Source: a virus (lineage: Duplodnaviria; Caudoviricetes). From it: a stretch of DNA of 64,000 nucleotides. The notes beneath the pieces were generated by a model, which was not told where the DNA came from, did no database searches, and saw only the letters and a list, made by a program, of their open reading frames with translations. The first letter of the stretch is position 1; every line of letters starts with the position of its first letter. A program made the translations under genes and the position numbers. Of this stretch, positions 28,380 through 38,045 are shown in pieces. The stretch spans positions 1 to 64,000 of the IMG/VR virus record IMGVR_UViG_3300032007_000071. The stretch is one strand, 5' to 3'.

Positions 28380-29402
28380 ATGACGAACAATTTCAAGGCT
28401 GCCGACCTTATCGGCAAGGAGTTAATCGTGGGCAACGGCGTTGCCAAGTACATCATTAAGAGCGTCGAGGGCGACACCTGGCGCTGCATCTTCCATCGTG
28501 ACGGGGTCAAAGACCTCGAACTTCCTATGAAGGCAGCGAGCCTGCTGAAGATGGTCGAGGAAAAGCGTGTCGCATGGGCGGATGCGCCCACCGAGGCTAA
28601 GCCCGAGAGCACCAAGGACGAGACCGCTAAGCCCGAGACTAAGCCCGAGCCTACCAAGGCAGAAACTAAGGGCGATGCAGACGACGTCGAGGAGGTCGAT
28701 GCCGAGGAAATCGAAACCCCTAAACCGAAGGCTGCCAAGCCTAAGCTCCGTGTGGTCACGGGCAAAATCGTGAAGGAGAAGGTCCGGGAAGCTATCGAGG
28801 AAGCCGAGGAGGAGGAACCTACCGAGCCTATCGACGAGACCGAGGACGACGAGCCGGAGACCGAGACCGAGGAGGAAGTCGAGGAGACCCCGAAGCCGAA
28901 AGCTAAGGCACGTAAGCGTACCGTCAAGGGTAAGTACACCTTTGCTACCTACACTACCAAGCGTGGAAAGACGGCGGGTAAGATATGCGGACTCTCCGAG
29001 GATGAGCCAGCCTATCAGCGTGCAGGTGAAATCCATGCCTCTCATACCTGGGAGCGCAAGGACGGCAAGCGAGTCTATACGCTGCTGTTCGGTCCCCGCT
29101 ATACCGATGCCGCCAAGGAGGTGTGCCGTGCCCTTAACGAGGGTGCGGACTTCGATGAGCTTCTCGACATCGTAGAGACCAACACCGAGGCACTCGCCCA
29201 AAAGCGTGCCGAGATGAAGGCGGAATACCTCGAGAAGAAAGCTAAGCGTGAGGCAGAGAAGAAAGCTGCCAAGGGTGCTAAGGGCGAGGAACTCTACACC
29301 GAGGCACAGGTGAAGGAGCGCATCCGCGCTGCCTTTGCCATGGCCGCCAAGGCGTTGAAGATAAACATCGACGACCTGGAGCCTATCATCAAGGTCGCGT
29401 AA
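28380..29402 (+). CDS. Hypothetical protein with Glu/Pro/Lys-rich linker
   Basis: 340 aa, strong codon bias, low-complexity centre. Confidence 0.75.
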   Translation: MTNNFKAADLIGKELIVGNGVAKYIIKSVEGDTWRCIFHRDGVKDLELPMKAASLLKMVEEKRVAWADAPTEAKPESTKDETAKPETKPEPTKAETKGDADDVEEVDAEEIETPKPKAAKPKLRVVTGKIVKEKVREAIEEAEEEEPTEPIDETEDDEPETETEEEVEETPKPKAKARKRTVKGKYTFATYTTKRGKTAGKICGLSEDEPAYQRAGEIHASHTWERKDGKRVYTLLFGPRYTDAAKEVCRALNEGADFDELLDIVETNTEALAQKRAEMKAEYLEKKAKREAEKKAAKGAKGEELYTEAQVKERIRAAFAMAAKALKINIDDLEPIIKVA

Positions 29403-29408
29403 CCCGAT

Positions 29409-29613
29409 CGGTCGCGAAGCTCCCTATCTATTGGTCGCTTCGCTTGAAATTGGATTTAGAATTATTATTTAAAATTTTATTTAGAATTGGCTGCGCGGTG
29501 ATGGTTGGTCGCCGTGCTCTCATACCGCCCTATTCGCATGAAAGGGTATGCAGGAAAATTTTAAACCCAATTCTAAATATAAATTCTAAATAAAATTTCA
29601 AGCGGAGCGACCC
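29409..29613 (+). repeat. Modular AT-rich inverted-repeat element, copy E
   Basis: Starts 7 nt after a stop codon; arm-core-arm structure. Confidence 0.9.
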
Positions 29614-29639
29614 TTCAAACTTTCAAAAACATTACAACT

Positions 29640-30104
29640 ATGAAGATTGATTTATCAGCTATCAATGCCGCTGCCGAGGCACTGAAGCAGCAGCGTGCAG
29701 GAGAGGCTCAACCCAAGCGTGAGCCTAAGCGTGAAGCAAGTGCGGCAAGTACGCATAAAACAAAGCGTGCGACTAAGAGCGCACCTAAGAGTGCACCTAA
29801 GACGGACACCCCCAAGACCAAGGACGGGGCGAGCTACGTCATCCCCGCCGAGTTCAAGGAAGCTATCGAGGTGTACCTCTATTCCAGACCCGACATCATC
29901 GACAATCTCGTAAAACCCGATAAGAGCATTGACGGGTGCTGCGATTATATATTCAGCAAGATGCTGAAGGTCGCCAAGAAAAACCGCAACGGAAAGACAG
30001 CCGTGGGCATCTTCCGTTCGCCAGATGAGATATACGCTATGGCAGTGCACTATTACGACGAGACCGACGAGGACTTAAAGAAGGAGGCCGACGATGACGA
30101 ATGA
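29640..30104 (+). CDS. pcfK: PcfK-like protein (family includes the anti-CRISPR AcrIIA9)
   Basis: KPDKSIDGCCDYI...DEIYAMAVHYYDE signature; followed by pcfJ. Confidence 0.8.
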   Translation: MKIDLSAINAAAEALKQQRAGEAQPKREPKREASAASTHKTKRATKSAPKSAPKTDTPKTKDGASYVIPAEFKEAIEVYLYSRPDIIDNLVKPDKSIDGCCDYIFSKMLKVAKKNRNGKTAVGIFRSPDEIYAMAVHYYDETDEDLKKEADDDE

Positions 30105-31494
30105 TGATTTCAAGAAGCGGTGCTTGCAACTTAACAAACGTCTGAGTTGCAATCCGGGTCCCACGGCGCCCCAACGTCTCTATCGCCGTGCGTTCAAGCC
30201 GGGGCTTGCTTCCCGTATGTATCGTGGCAAGCTCATCTACTTCTGCACGGAGTGTGGATGCACCATCAACCCTATCGGACAAAAGGAGTGCCCACAATGC
30301 CACGCCAAGTGGACGGAGAAGAAGACCGTAGAACTCTACAACCGTACCACCGACCGGTCTATGAACGACATTGCCGTCTTCGAGGCACATGGCGACATCC
30401 AGATGGTGCGCCAGATACGGGTGGAGCGTATCCTGCAATATGGCAAGCCCGTCCAGGTCACTGCCTATGAGGTGGTGCGCTTCATGTATGCCCCTAACGG
30501 GGAACGGATGGTATGGGAGCGTCCTGTACAGATGATGACCTAGGCCTACGATCTATTCTCTAAGTGGTCCGATATGGTGCTCCGTCGGGAGTTGTCGCCT
30601 AAAAGTATGTCGTATGGCGGTTGGTTGCGGAAAAACATGTGGGTGTACGACTATCAGATTAAGTCGCTCACGAAGCAGTGGAAATATAAAAACATTCCGC
30701 AGTTGATGGAGGACTATTCGTATAGCCTCAGTGCTATCCGTGTCATCGCCTATCCCTATGGCGAGACGATGCTGAAATGCGGACAGAAAGCCCTCTTCGA
30801 CCACCTCGTCCATCAGCGTGAGCGTCTGCCTAAAGGGGCAGAGAAGGCGGTGAATATCTGCATCCGCCACCACTACACCATCGACGACCCCTCGCTATGG
30901 CTCGACACGCTCTATATGCTTATGAACGAGAAGAAAGATATTCATAACCCAAAGTTCGTATGCCCCGACGACCTCGTGGCACTACATCAGCAGCTCTATG
31001 ACCGCAAGTGTAAACGTGAGGGCGCTATCCATGCCAGATGGGAGGCGGTCCGTGCCGCACGTGAGGAACAAGCGCGGGCGGCTTGGGACAAGCAGTATGC
31101 GGAGATGCTAAGGAAACGGGAGGAATCCGTGAAAGACTATCCTGAACATTTCGGGAAGCTACTCTCGCTCACACTTACTGCCCCGAACCTCTCTATCCGC
31201 CCGTTGCAGAACGTGGAGGAGTTCAAGGACGAGGGAAAACACATGCACCACTGTGTGTACAAGGCGTACTACTGGGACTATCACGCTCACCCCACGTCAC
31301 TCATCCTATCTGCCAAGGACGACAATGGCAAACGGCTCGCCACCATCGAGTACAATATCGAGACCAACACCATCGTGCAGTGTCGTGCCGTACTCAACGA
31401 GGTGCCTAAACGTGACAAGGAGATACGGCAGCTCATCACGGACAACAAGGCACAGTTCGTGAAGTTGGAGCGGACAGTAAAGAGAGCAGCCTAA
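30094..31494 (+). pseudogene. pcfJ: PcfJ-like gene interrupted by one in-frame TAG at 30541-30543
   Basis: ORFs 30094-30543 and 30574-31494 are in the same frame; C-terminal PcfJ motif EGKHMHHCV...ILSAKD..GKRLATIE. Confidence 0.75.
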
Positions 31495-31520
31495 TTTATA
31501 ACTATCAAAAATTATATACT

Positions 31521-32357
31521 ATGAATCCGAAAGTATATGTTGGCACATACGCCAAGTACAACAACGGCTCTATTGCCGGTGGCTGGATAAGCCTAAAGAG
31601 TTGTAAGAACTACGATGACTTCCTCAGTAAGTGTTATGCGCTCCACAGTGATGAGCGTCAGCCGGAACTGATGGTGCAGGACACCGACGACTTCCCCGAC
31701 GGACTCTCCTGCGGTGAGAGCTTCGGCGAGGAAGAGTTCAACGATGTCATGGCCGCTATCAAGTCCGAGGAAGCGGAGGAGAAAAAGCCGTCGGGCGACA
31801 AGGCCTTGTTGCCCGAGTTCAGACGGGAGATGTCTAAGGCGTGGAGCGGTCACATGCTTGACTATCATTGCAAGAAGTTCTCTTATGCCGTGCGTTTGCA
31901 GAATGGCGGCATCCTCAGATTTGAAAAGCCGTCTATCGAAAACCGCTTCTGTTGGCCTGACGAGGGGCCGGGCCTTGACGCTTACAACCGCGTCACATCG
32001 AGCGAGGAGCGGCTGAAACAATACTTCCTCCGTGAGAACCTTGCACAGTTCGACAAGGATATAGAGCAGCTTAAATCGCTGTCGCATGATGGCAAGACAC
32101 TCTATCTCGTGCGTGAGAGCTATTCCAACGAGACCCCGATGAACATATGGGAGTGGGGATTGTGGGCGGAATGGGACGTTCAGGAAAACCCTTGGAGATA
32201 CAAAGATGGCTACGAGAAGATGACGGAGACCGACCGCAAGGCGATCTTAGAAGGTGTGAAGCATGAGCGTGAGAAGTTTGAGAAACGTCTCAACGCCTAT
32301 CTGAAACGCTATGGCACCCGTAAGATTAAAACGTGGACTTACTGGGCGGATGCTTAA
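31521..32357 (+). CDS. ardA: ArdA-type antirestriction protein (N-terminal ArdA domain plus a different C-terminal domain)
   Basis: KVYVGTYAKYNNGSIAGGWISL...ELMVQDTDDFP, classical ArdA N-terminus. Confidence 0.78.
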   Translation: MNPKVYVGTYAKYNNGSIAGGWISLKSCKNYDDFLSKCYALHSDERQPELMVQDTDDFPDGLSCGESFGEEEFNDVMAAIKSEEAEEKKPSGDKALLPEFRREMSKAWSGHMLDYHCKKFSYAVRLQNGGILRFEKPSIENRFCWPDEGPGLDAYNRVTSSEERLKQYFLRENLAQFDKDIEQLKSLSHDGKTLYLVRESYSNETPMNIWEWGLWAEWDVQENPWRYKDGYEKMTETDRKAILEGVKHEREKFEKRLNAYLKRYGTRKIKTWTYWADA

Positions 32358-32388
32358 AATAATCACATAAATTTTTGGAGGAACTATT

Positions 32389-33480
32389 ATGGCAAAGGAA
32401 AAGAAAAGTCACAAGGGTCTGCGCATGACGGACTCTATGAAGCAGAAGTACGCCCAGCTCTTTCTCGATGAGCTGGACAGTCTGGAAGCCCACGACTTCA
32501 AGATGCCGTGGGTCAATCCCCGGCTCGGTGCGCCGTGTAATATCTATCGGCAGGGCAAACCCTACCGAAAGGGTAACGCCTTCTTCCTCGCTATGCTCGT
32601 GAGTTTGAAGGGCTGGAACACGCCGCTCTTCATCACGAAAACGCAGATGGAGAATGAGGACGGCAAACTAAAGTATGATGGCCTCCGTGCCAACGCCACG
32701 CCTATCCTTGACGAGGACGGGATGGTAACGCTCGACAAGCGGGGGATGCCCGCTATGGATTACGAGCGGCGGTTCCCGGTCATCTATTACCGACCGCTCC
32801 ACTACGATGCAGACGGGAACAAAATCTCGGACGAGGACTGGGACGAGATGTCATACGATGAGCAGAAGGAGTGCAAGACGTGGTTCGTTCAGAAAACCTA
32901 CGGGGTCTACAACATCGACCAGACCAACTTCAAGGAGCTCTACCCCGACGACTATGCGGAGTTCCAACAGACACCCGAGCACGACTACAAGGAGGGGGTA
33001 CACGACTTGACGTTGGAGACGATGATTGCCGGCGGTGCCTGGCGCTGCCCTATCTACTTCGGAGGCACACAGAGTTGCTTCAATGTGACACGGGACGAGA
33101 TTCACCTGCCGAAGCGTGAACACTTCTTAGGTGATGAGCAGTTCTATGCCACCGCCCTACACGAGATGGCACACTCCACGGGTAAGGAGCTCGGCCGTGA
33201 CCAGCATGGTGCCTTTGGTACAGAGGACTATGCGATGGAGGAGTTTGTGGCAGAACTCAGCTCTGCCTGCGTATGCTCTATGCTCGGCATCGGCAAGTTG
33301 CTCGATGAGAACCATATCGCCTACGTCGATTCCTGGCGCAGGGCGTTGAAGTCCAACAAGGACTTTATCCCCGTCGTCATCGACGACGTGCAGAAAGCCG
33401 TCAACTATATTCTCCGCAAGTACGATGCGGTTGCAGAGGACCAGAAACATCCACGGCTGCTCACCGTATCTGCTGCCTAA
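32389..33480 (+). CDS. ardC: ArdC-like ssDNA-binding antirestriction protein with zincin-like MPTase domain
   Basis: KMPW...YRKGNAFFL (DUF1738-like), YNIDQT, HEMAHST, YAMEEFVAELSS. Confidence 0.85.
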   Translation: MAKEKKSHKGLRMTDSMKQKYAQLFLDELDSLEAHDFKMPWVNPRLGAPCNIYRQGKPYRKGNAFFLAMLVSLKGWNTPLFITKTQMENEDGKLKYDGLRANATPILDEDGMVTLDKRGMPAMDYERRFPVIYYRPLHYDADGNKISDEDWDEMSYDEQKECKTWFVQKTYGVYNIDQTNFKELYPDDYAEFQQTPEHDYKEGVHDLTLETMIAGGAWRCPIYFGGTQSCFNVTRDEIHLPKREHFLGDEQFYATALHEMAHSTGKELGRDQHGAFGTEDYAMEEFVAELSSACVCSMLGIGKLLDENHIAYVDSWRRALKSNKDFIPVVIDDVQKAVNYILRKYDAVAEDQKHPRLLTVSAA

Positions 33481-33492
33481 GACTTTATTTTT

Positions 33493-33702
33493 GGGGCGCT
33501 TCGCTTGAAATTGTATTTATAATTTTTATTTAGAATTTTATTTATAATTGGCTGGCGCGGTACGTGTACCGCAGGTTTATCCTATCCGCATGAAAGGGTG
33601 TGCAGGATAATTTTAAATCCAATTATAAATATAAATTCTAAATAAAATTTCAAGCGAAGCGACCAACAAAAAAAGGAGCGGAGCGACCCCCGATAAGCGA
33701 AA
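33493..33702 (+). repeat. Modular AT-rich inverted-repeat element, copy F
   Basis: Arm-core-arm structure just after the ardC stop. Confidence 0.9.
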
Positions 33703-33730
33703 CGACATAAACAATTAAACACACAGAAAA

Positions 33731-34084
33731 ATGGAAAGTTTACACGTTTGTTCAAAGTATGAGATCGAGTATGGTCATACCACCTGCAGCCCCCGATGGC
33801 AGGGCAGTCTCTATAACGCCTTTGATATTTTGGGTGCCGACCCTAACGCCACTGACGGATCCGACGATATGTATCCGGACAATTTCGAGTGTCCCGTGGA
33901 GAGCTATGACGAAGCCATCGAGGAGCTGAAAGAAGAGATTGCAGCCCCCGAGGGGATGTCGTTCAACCTCAAATGTGAGCTTGACGCACTTGACATGACC
34001 GCCGAGGAACTGCTCAGCTACATGGAGCGTTTCCGCAAGGAGGCAGATACACGTGATGGCTATCTTCACTTCATGAAGTTCTAA
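33731..34084 (+). CDS. Hypothetical acidic protein
   Basis: 117 aa, Asp/Glu rich. Confidence 0.7.
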   Translation: MESLHVCSKYEIEYGHTTCSPRWQGSLYNAFDILGADPNATDGSDDMYPDNFECPVESYDEAIEELKEEIAAPEGMSFNLKCELDALDMTAEELLSYMERFRKEADTRDGYLHFMKF

Positions 34085-34124
34085 AAATCCCCGGTCACCC
34101 CTGCAAAATGTGCAAAGGTTTTTG

Positions 34125-34235
34125 TACCTTTGCACCCATGAAAGGAGAACCCAAAACTTACATTCTTCAAGTAGTTGTAAGATTTTTGAAAGTTAGACCA
34201 AGCCGACCCGTCGTGAGACGCGTCGGCTTTTTTCA
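34125..34235 (+). ncRNA. Candidate ~100-nt small RNA (promoter plus terminator)
   Basis: TAccTTTG at 34125; gccgac-ccgtcgtgagacgc-gtcggc-tttttt terminator at 34202-34233. Confidence 0.45.
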
Positions 34236-34270
34236 TTCTAAGACAGAGTAACAAAACAACATATACGACT

Positions 34271-34531
34271 ATGGAGCAGATTATCTATCAACTTGTCGAG
34301 CATTGCCCTAACGGGGCACGTGTAACCGATTACGAGAACAGCACACGTGAGGACGTGATGCGCTATGCAAGTGACTGCGTTAGCCCATACGAGCTATACG
34401 AAATCAAGCAAGTGAGCGAGGCCAAACCTGTCTATCCTGTCTATAATCCGTTTACGCATAAATGTATCGGTATGAGCGAGGGAACGGACTGGAGAACGGT
34501 ATCAAAAGAAATCATCAAAAAGAAATCATGA
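34271..34531 (+). CDS. Hypothetical protein
   Basis: atacgactATG leader. Confidence 0.65.
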   Translation: MEQIIYQLVEHCPNGARVTDYENSTREDVMRYASDCVSPYELYEIKQVSEAKPVYPVYNPFTHKCIGMSEGTDWRTVSKEIIKKKS

Positions 34532-35136
34532 TTATGGAGCAGAAAGAAATCAACTATCGCATCGCCATGTCGATGCTGATGCAGTGCAAAGCCGTGTGGG
34601 AAATCGCTACGACGTGCTACACTGAGGGCGATTTCCGCTATACCCTCCAAGACGTGCTGAAGGGTATGGAGGCCACAAAAAAGGCTGCAAGCGGAAGAAG
34701 AATGTTTTTTATCAAGGACGCCTATTTCTATATGCATTTCGACGAGTATAACGTACTTGCCGAGCGGATAAAAGCTATCCCCTGTGTGGTGGGGTATCGG
34801 GTGATCGAGGTAACACTGTTTGTCGGTACGAGCGACACCGACCCCAAGCAAGGGTTCGGTTGCACTTATCCGCTCATCGACGTTTACAGGATGTGCTATC
34901 AGTTCTGCCGCAAGCAAGGGTTCAACACCTTGCTAAAGAAAGCCGTGTTCGGGCGAGACGCTGATGGCTTCTATGCCATCCTGCCGGAGTGGAAGATTCC
35001 GAAAGAGCGGGTGCCCGCTCGGAAGCCAGTAGCTGCTAAGCCATCCGCAAAGGTTGTGGAGGTCCGGATAACGATTGACCCCCAGGCGGTGCTCGAAGCC
35101 GCAAGGGAACTTGCTAAGCAACGAAAAATAGCATGA
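34528..35136 (+). CDS. Hypothetical protein
   Basis: ATGA overlap with the upstream gene. Confidence 0.7.
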   Translation: MIMEQKEINYRIAMSMLMQCKAVWEIATTCYTEGDFRYTLQDVLKGMEATKKAASGRRMFFIKDAYFYMHFDEYNVLAERIKAIPCVVGYRVIEVTLFVGTSDTDPKQGFGCTYPLIDVYRMCYQFCRKQGFNTLLKKAVFGRDADGFYAILPEWKIPKERVPARKPVAAKPSAKVVEVRITIDPQAVLEAARELAKQRKIA

Positions 35137-35384
35137 CTATGACGAAAGAAAACAAATCAAACCTGCAACAGGCCCTCGACTATGTACGGGAGCAGATGGA
35201 CGATTACAAGTTGACTGTGGTGCGTGCACAACGTAACCATAACTGGGTACACCGCATGCTTGTTCAGACCGACTATGACGAGGAAATCTTCGACCTGCTC
35301 GAAGAGTGGGGCGAGGAGCATGACCTGCCCGAAGGATGGTGGGCTAACGAAGCAGACATGGAGGATATATTGGAAATCATCTAA
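35133..35384 (+). CDS. Hypothetical acidic protein
   Basis: ATGA overlap; acidic C-terminus. Confidence 0.65.
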   Translation: MTMTKENKSNLQQALDYVREQMDDYKLTVVRAQRNHNWVHRMLVQTDYDEEIFDLLEEWGEEHDLPEGWWANEADMEDILEII

Positions 35385-35390
35385 AACGCA

Positions 35391-36107
35391 ATGAATATGA
35401 AAGGTTTGAAAGCAGACAACAGCAAGAGTTTTAAGTATGGCGGTTACACATTCGTACCGCTTGGGCAGTTTACCGATGCGGGCTATAAGGAAGACGCACC
35501 GATCAACAAGATTATGAATGATCTCTACTTCATCAACCGTGGTTGTGTGGCCGACGGTCACGAGAAGTACAACTACTCCGACTTCTATAAGGCAGCCAAG
35601 GCAGCCGGGTGTGGAGACAGTGACATCTTCCTCTGCAAAGAGACGGCGGAGATGTATGTACCTTGTCAGAACGCCCTGCCTATCTTCGACAAGACCGCCA
35701 TGGACACCGAGGAGGTAATGAAGCGCTTTAACCACCGCAAGGAGCCGTGCCCTATCAACAATGGATCGGACCTTAACAGTGACGCTATGCTCGAAGCCCT
35801 CTTCGACGACGGGCAGTATGTAGAGCGGCAGGAAGGCAACTTGTATAAGGCGCTCGGGTTTATCTGCGAACATCCGATGCTGGTGAGATACTCGCTCCGA
35901 CATTCGGTCATCGACATCGAACGTCTCGACAAGTCGCATATCTGGAACCATGAGCAAGTCGAGAAAGAAATAACTTCCCGACTACGGTGCGAGGACACCG
36001 AAGCGGAGCTGCACTACGATGGCGATTCGTGGTGCCAGTCATGGCGGGTACACTTCTACTATACCCCCGCCTATGTGGTCGAGAACCTCTATCCGAAAGA
36101 TGAGTAA
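35391..36107 (+). CDS. Hypothetical protein
   Basis: 238-aa co-oriented ORF. Confidence 0.7.
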   Translation: MNMKGLKADNSKSFKYGGYTFVPLGQFTDAGYKEDAPINKIMNDLYFINRGCVADGHEKYNYSDFYKAAKAAGCGDSDIFLCKETAEMYVPCQNALPIFDKTAMDTEEVMKRFNHRKEPCPINNGSDLNSDAMLEALFDDGQYVERQEGNLYKALGFICEHPMLVRYSLRHSVIDIERLDKSHIWNHEQVEKEITSRLRCEDTEAELHYDGDSWCQSWRVHFYYTPAYVVENLYPKDE

Positions 36108-36122
36108 CGAAATAAATTAATC

Positions 36123-36290
36123 ATGTTTGAAGAAGAATATCGCGGCAATAGTATTGATGTCAACGATTGCTCCAGCTGCCCCTTTAACCTTGGGGAGCGT
36201 GGCGGAAAGATATGGTGCGACCACTATGAGGACTTCGTGAGCAATTGCGCTTGCGGAGGAAGTTGGAATACGAAAATTATAGACGTATGA
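36123..36290 (+). CDS. Small Cys-rich protein (55 aa, below ORF-track cutoff)
   Basis: MFEEEYRG..CSSCPF..WCDH..CAC; ATGA overlap with the next gene. Confidence 0.5.
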   Translation: MFEEEYRGNSIDVNDCSSCPFNLGERGGKIWCDHYEDFVSNCACGGSWNTKIIDV

Positions 36291-37678
36291 TACACGATTA
36301 TTTCAACGACTGCATGACCCTCGAAGCGTTGGAGCAGAAGCACCGAAAGCTGGTGCTTCAGCTCCACCCCGACCGCAACCCCGACAAGGCGGATGCTACC
36401 CGGGAGTTTCAGGAGATGCAGCAACAGTACGAGGAGCGCAAGGCCGAGCTCAACGGTGACTACTCGGGCAGTCAGCGGGCACGGCAGCGTCGGGAACAGG
36501 CTGAGCGTGAGGAGCGTGAACGGGAGCGCCGAGAACGGGAAGCCCATATAGTGGACGACGTTCTCAATGAGGCACGCCGCAACAAAGGTGTCAGATTCGA
36601 CACCTTTAAGGCTGGTGCTTACGTCTATGCCCGAAAGGTAGACCAAGTGGCGGACGGATCCTACGACTGGGACAGTATGAGTGGCAACGACCTCATTCAT
36701 GTGTTCTATAAATACGCCGCCGAGTCGGAGACGGTGGTAAAGATAGAGACCATCGTTGAACTGGACGACAAGGAGATCATGGGCAATGTCCTAAGCAACT
36801 ATCTCAACGACGTCTATGGCGGATGGGAGATATTGCAGAGTGCTAACCCTAACAAGGGTGTGAAAGGTAAGCGGGTGGCCAAGGTGGTGATGTTCCGATC
36901 GAAGCGCTATTGCTTCTTCGGCAACCCGATGGGCGACCATGTTATCAGCGACTACTACGTCCCTGTCAACTGCGCTATTATGTTCGGTGTCCTTCTCGGC
37001 GACATCTCTACCCAGGAGCGACGGAAAGAGGAGGAGCGTCAGCGTGAGATGGCCAAGCTGAAGGCAAAGATAGTTGCTGAGCAACAGCCGTTGATTGCGG
37101 CGTGGAGCGACAAGCTGATAGCTATCTCGGCCGCCCTCACCGACGAAGAGAAAGAGACTGTGGCCGTCAGCAACCTGCGCAAGATACTAAAGTCTCGGTT
37201 TCCCGGTGCGGCAATACGCGTAACGAAAAGCAAGGTGATAAGCTATGCCTACCAAGTCGTTTGGGAGGACGGCCCGATGCTGGATGAGGTGAACGAGACA
37301 GCGTGCCTGTTCGAGACTTACAACTCAGCCTATGGCAACATTGTTACCCCGTGGAACGAGCGGTTCGGACGCATCTCGCTGTTCGACGCGGTGCGAGTTA
37401 TGAGCACACTCGCTAAAGCCTCTATCCTGGAACAGCTCGGAGAGGTGTCGGACGTATTCACCACGGCCGGCTATGACGATTACGTGGAGGTCAGCGATAT
37501 GGACTGGACGATGATAAACCTTATGGTGGGTAAGATGGTGGAAGAAGGCAAGGGCGACTGGTTCTGCCACATGCAGAATGGTAAGCGCATGGTGGTGGTG
37601 CGTAATGTCGTGGAATACATCTTCGACAATACGAGCTATGCGAAGAAGCCTAAAGCCAAGAAGCGCAAGGCCGCGTAG
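36287..37678 (+). CDS. J-domain protein with an LPD29-like C-terminal domain
   Basis: LQLHPDRNP (HPD motif); NLRKILKSRFPGAAIRV...VVWEDGPMLDEV resembles large-polyvalent-protein domain 29. Confidence 0.75.
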   Translation: MIHDYFNDCMTLEALEQKHRKLVLQLHPDRNPDKADATREFQEMQQQYEERKAELNGDYSGSQRARQRREQAEREERERERREREAHIVDDVLNEARRNKGVRFDTFKAGAYVYARKVDQVADGSYDWDSMSGNDLIHVFYKYAAESETVVKIETIVELDDKEIMGNVLSNYLNDVYGGWEILQSANPNKGVKGKRVAKVVMFRSKRYCFFGNPMGDHVISDYYVPVNCAIMFGVLLGDISTQERRKEEERQREMAKLKAKIVAEQQPLIAAWSDKLIAISAALTDEEKETVAVSNLRKILKSRFPGAAIRVTKSKVISYAYQVVWEDGPMLDEVNETACLFETYNSAYGNIVTPWNERFGRISLFDAVRVMSTLAKASILEQLGEVSDVFTTAGYDDYVEVSDMDWTMINLMVGKMVEEGKGDWFCHMQNGKRMVVVRNVVEYIFDNTSYAKKPKAKKRKAA

Positions 37679-37811
37679 GACAGAAGCACATGTTTTTCTA
37701 AGACAGAAAGACACAAAGGACATATTTCTGGACAGAAAGACAGAAAGAACATATTTCTGGACAGAAAGAACAGATTAAGCAGAAAGACAAATTTTTATAC
37801 GATATACGACT

Positions 37812-38033
37812 ATGGCAAATTTCAAAGTAAAGTATGCAATTGTGATGGAGTTGGAGGGAGCCATGGATACATGGACACAGATAGACGTGTTCGACACGGA
37901 GAAAGACTGCTCCAAGTTTATGCACGACGAGTTCGAGACCAACCTCTATCATGGAGAGCCACGCGTCGTCTATGGAGACAACCTCGTAAAGAGCTGCAAG
38001 ATTCAGCGAGTGTTCGATTACAGTAAGAAATAA
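37812..38033 (+). CDS. Hypothetical protein
   Basis: atacgactATG leader. Confidence 0.65.
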   Translation: MANFKVKYAIVMELEGAMDTWTQIDVFDTEKDCSKFMHDEFETNLYHGEPRVVYGDNLVKSCKIQRVFDYSKK

Positions 38034-38045
38034 AACGAGATAACG

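Noticed and set aside
30541-30543. Genome-wide TAG recoding (as in some Prevotella and crAss-like phages)
   Set aside because: TAG is the evident natural stop of terL, 10121, 11451, 18751, 28050, 37678, 48783, 61430 and 63313, and long genes are uninterrupted; only pcfJ has an internal amber
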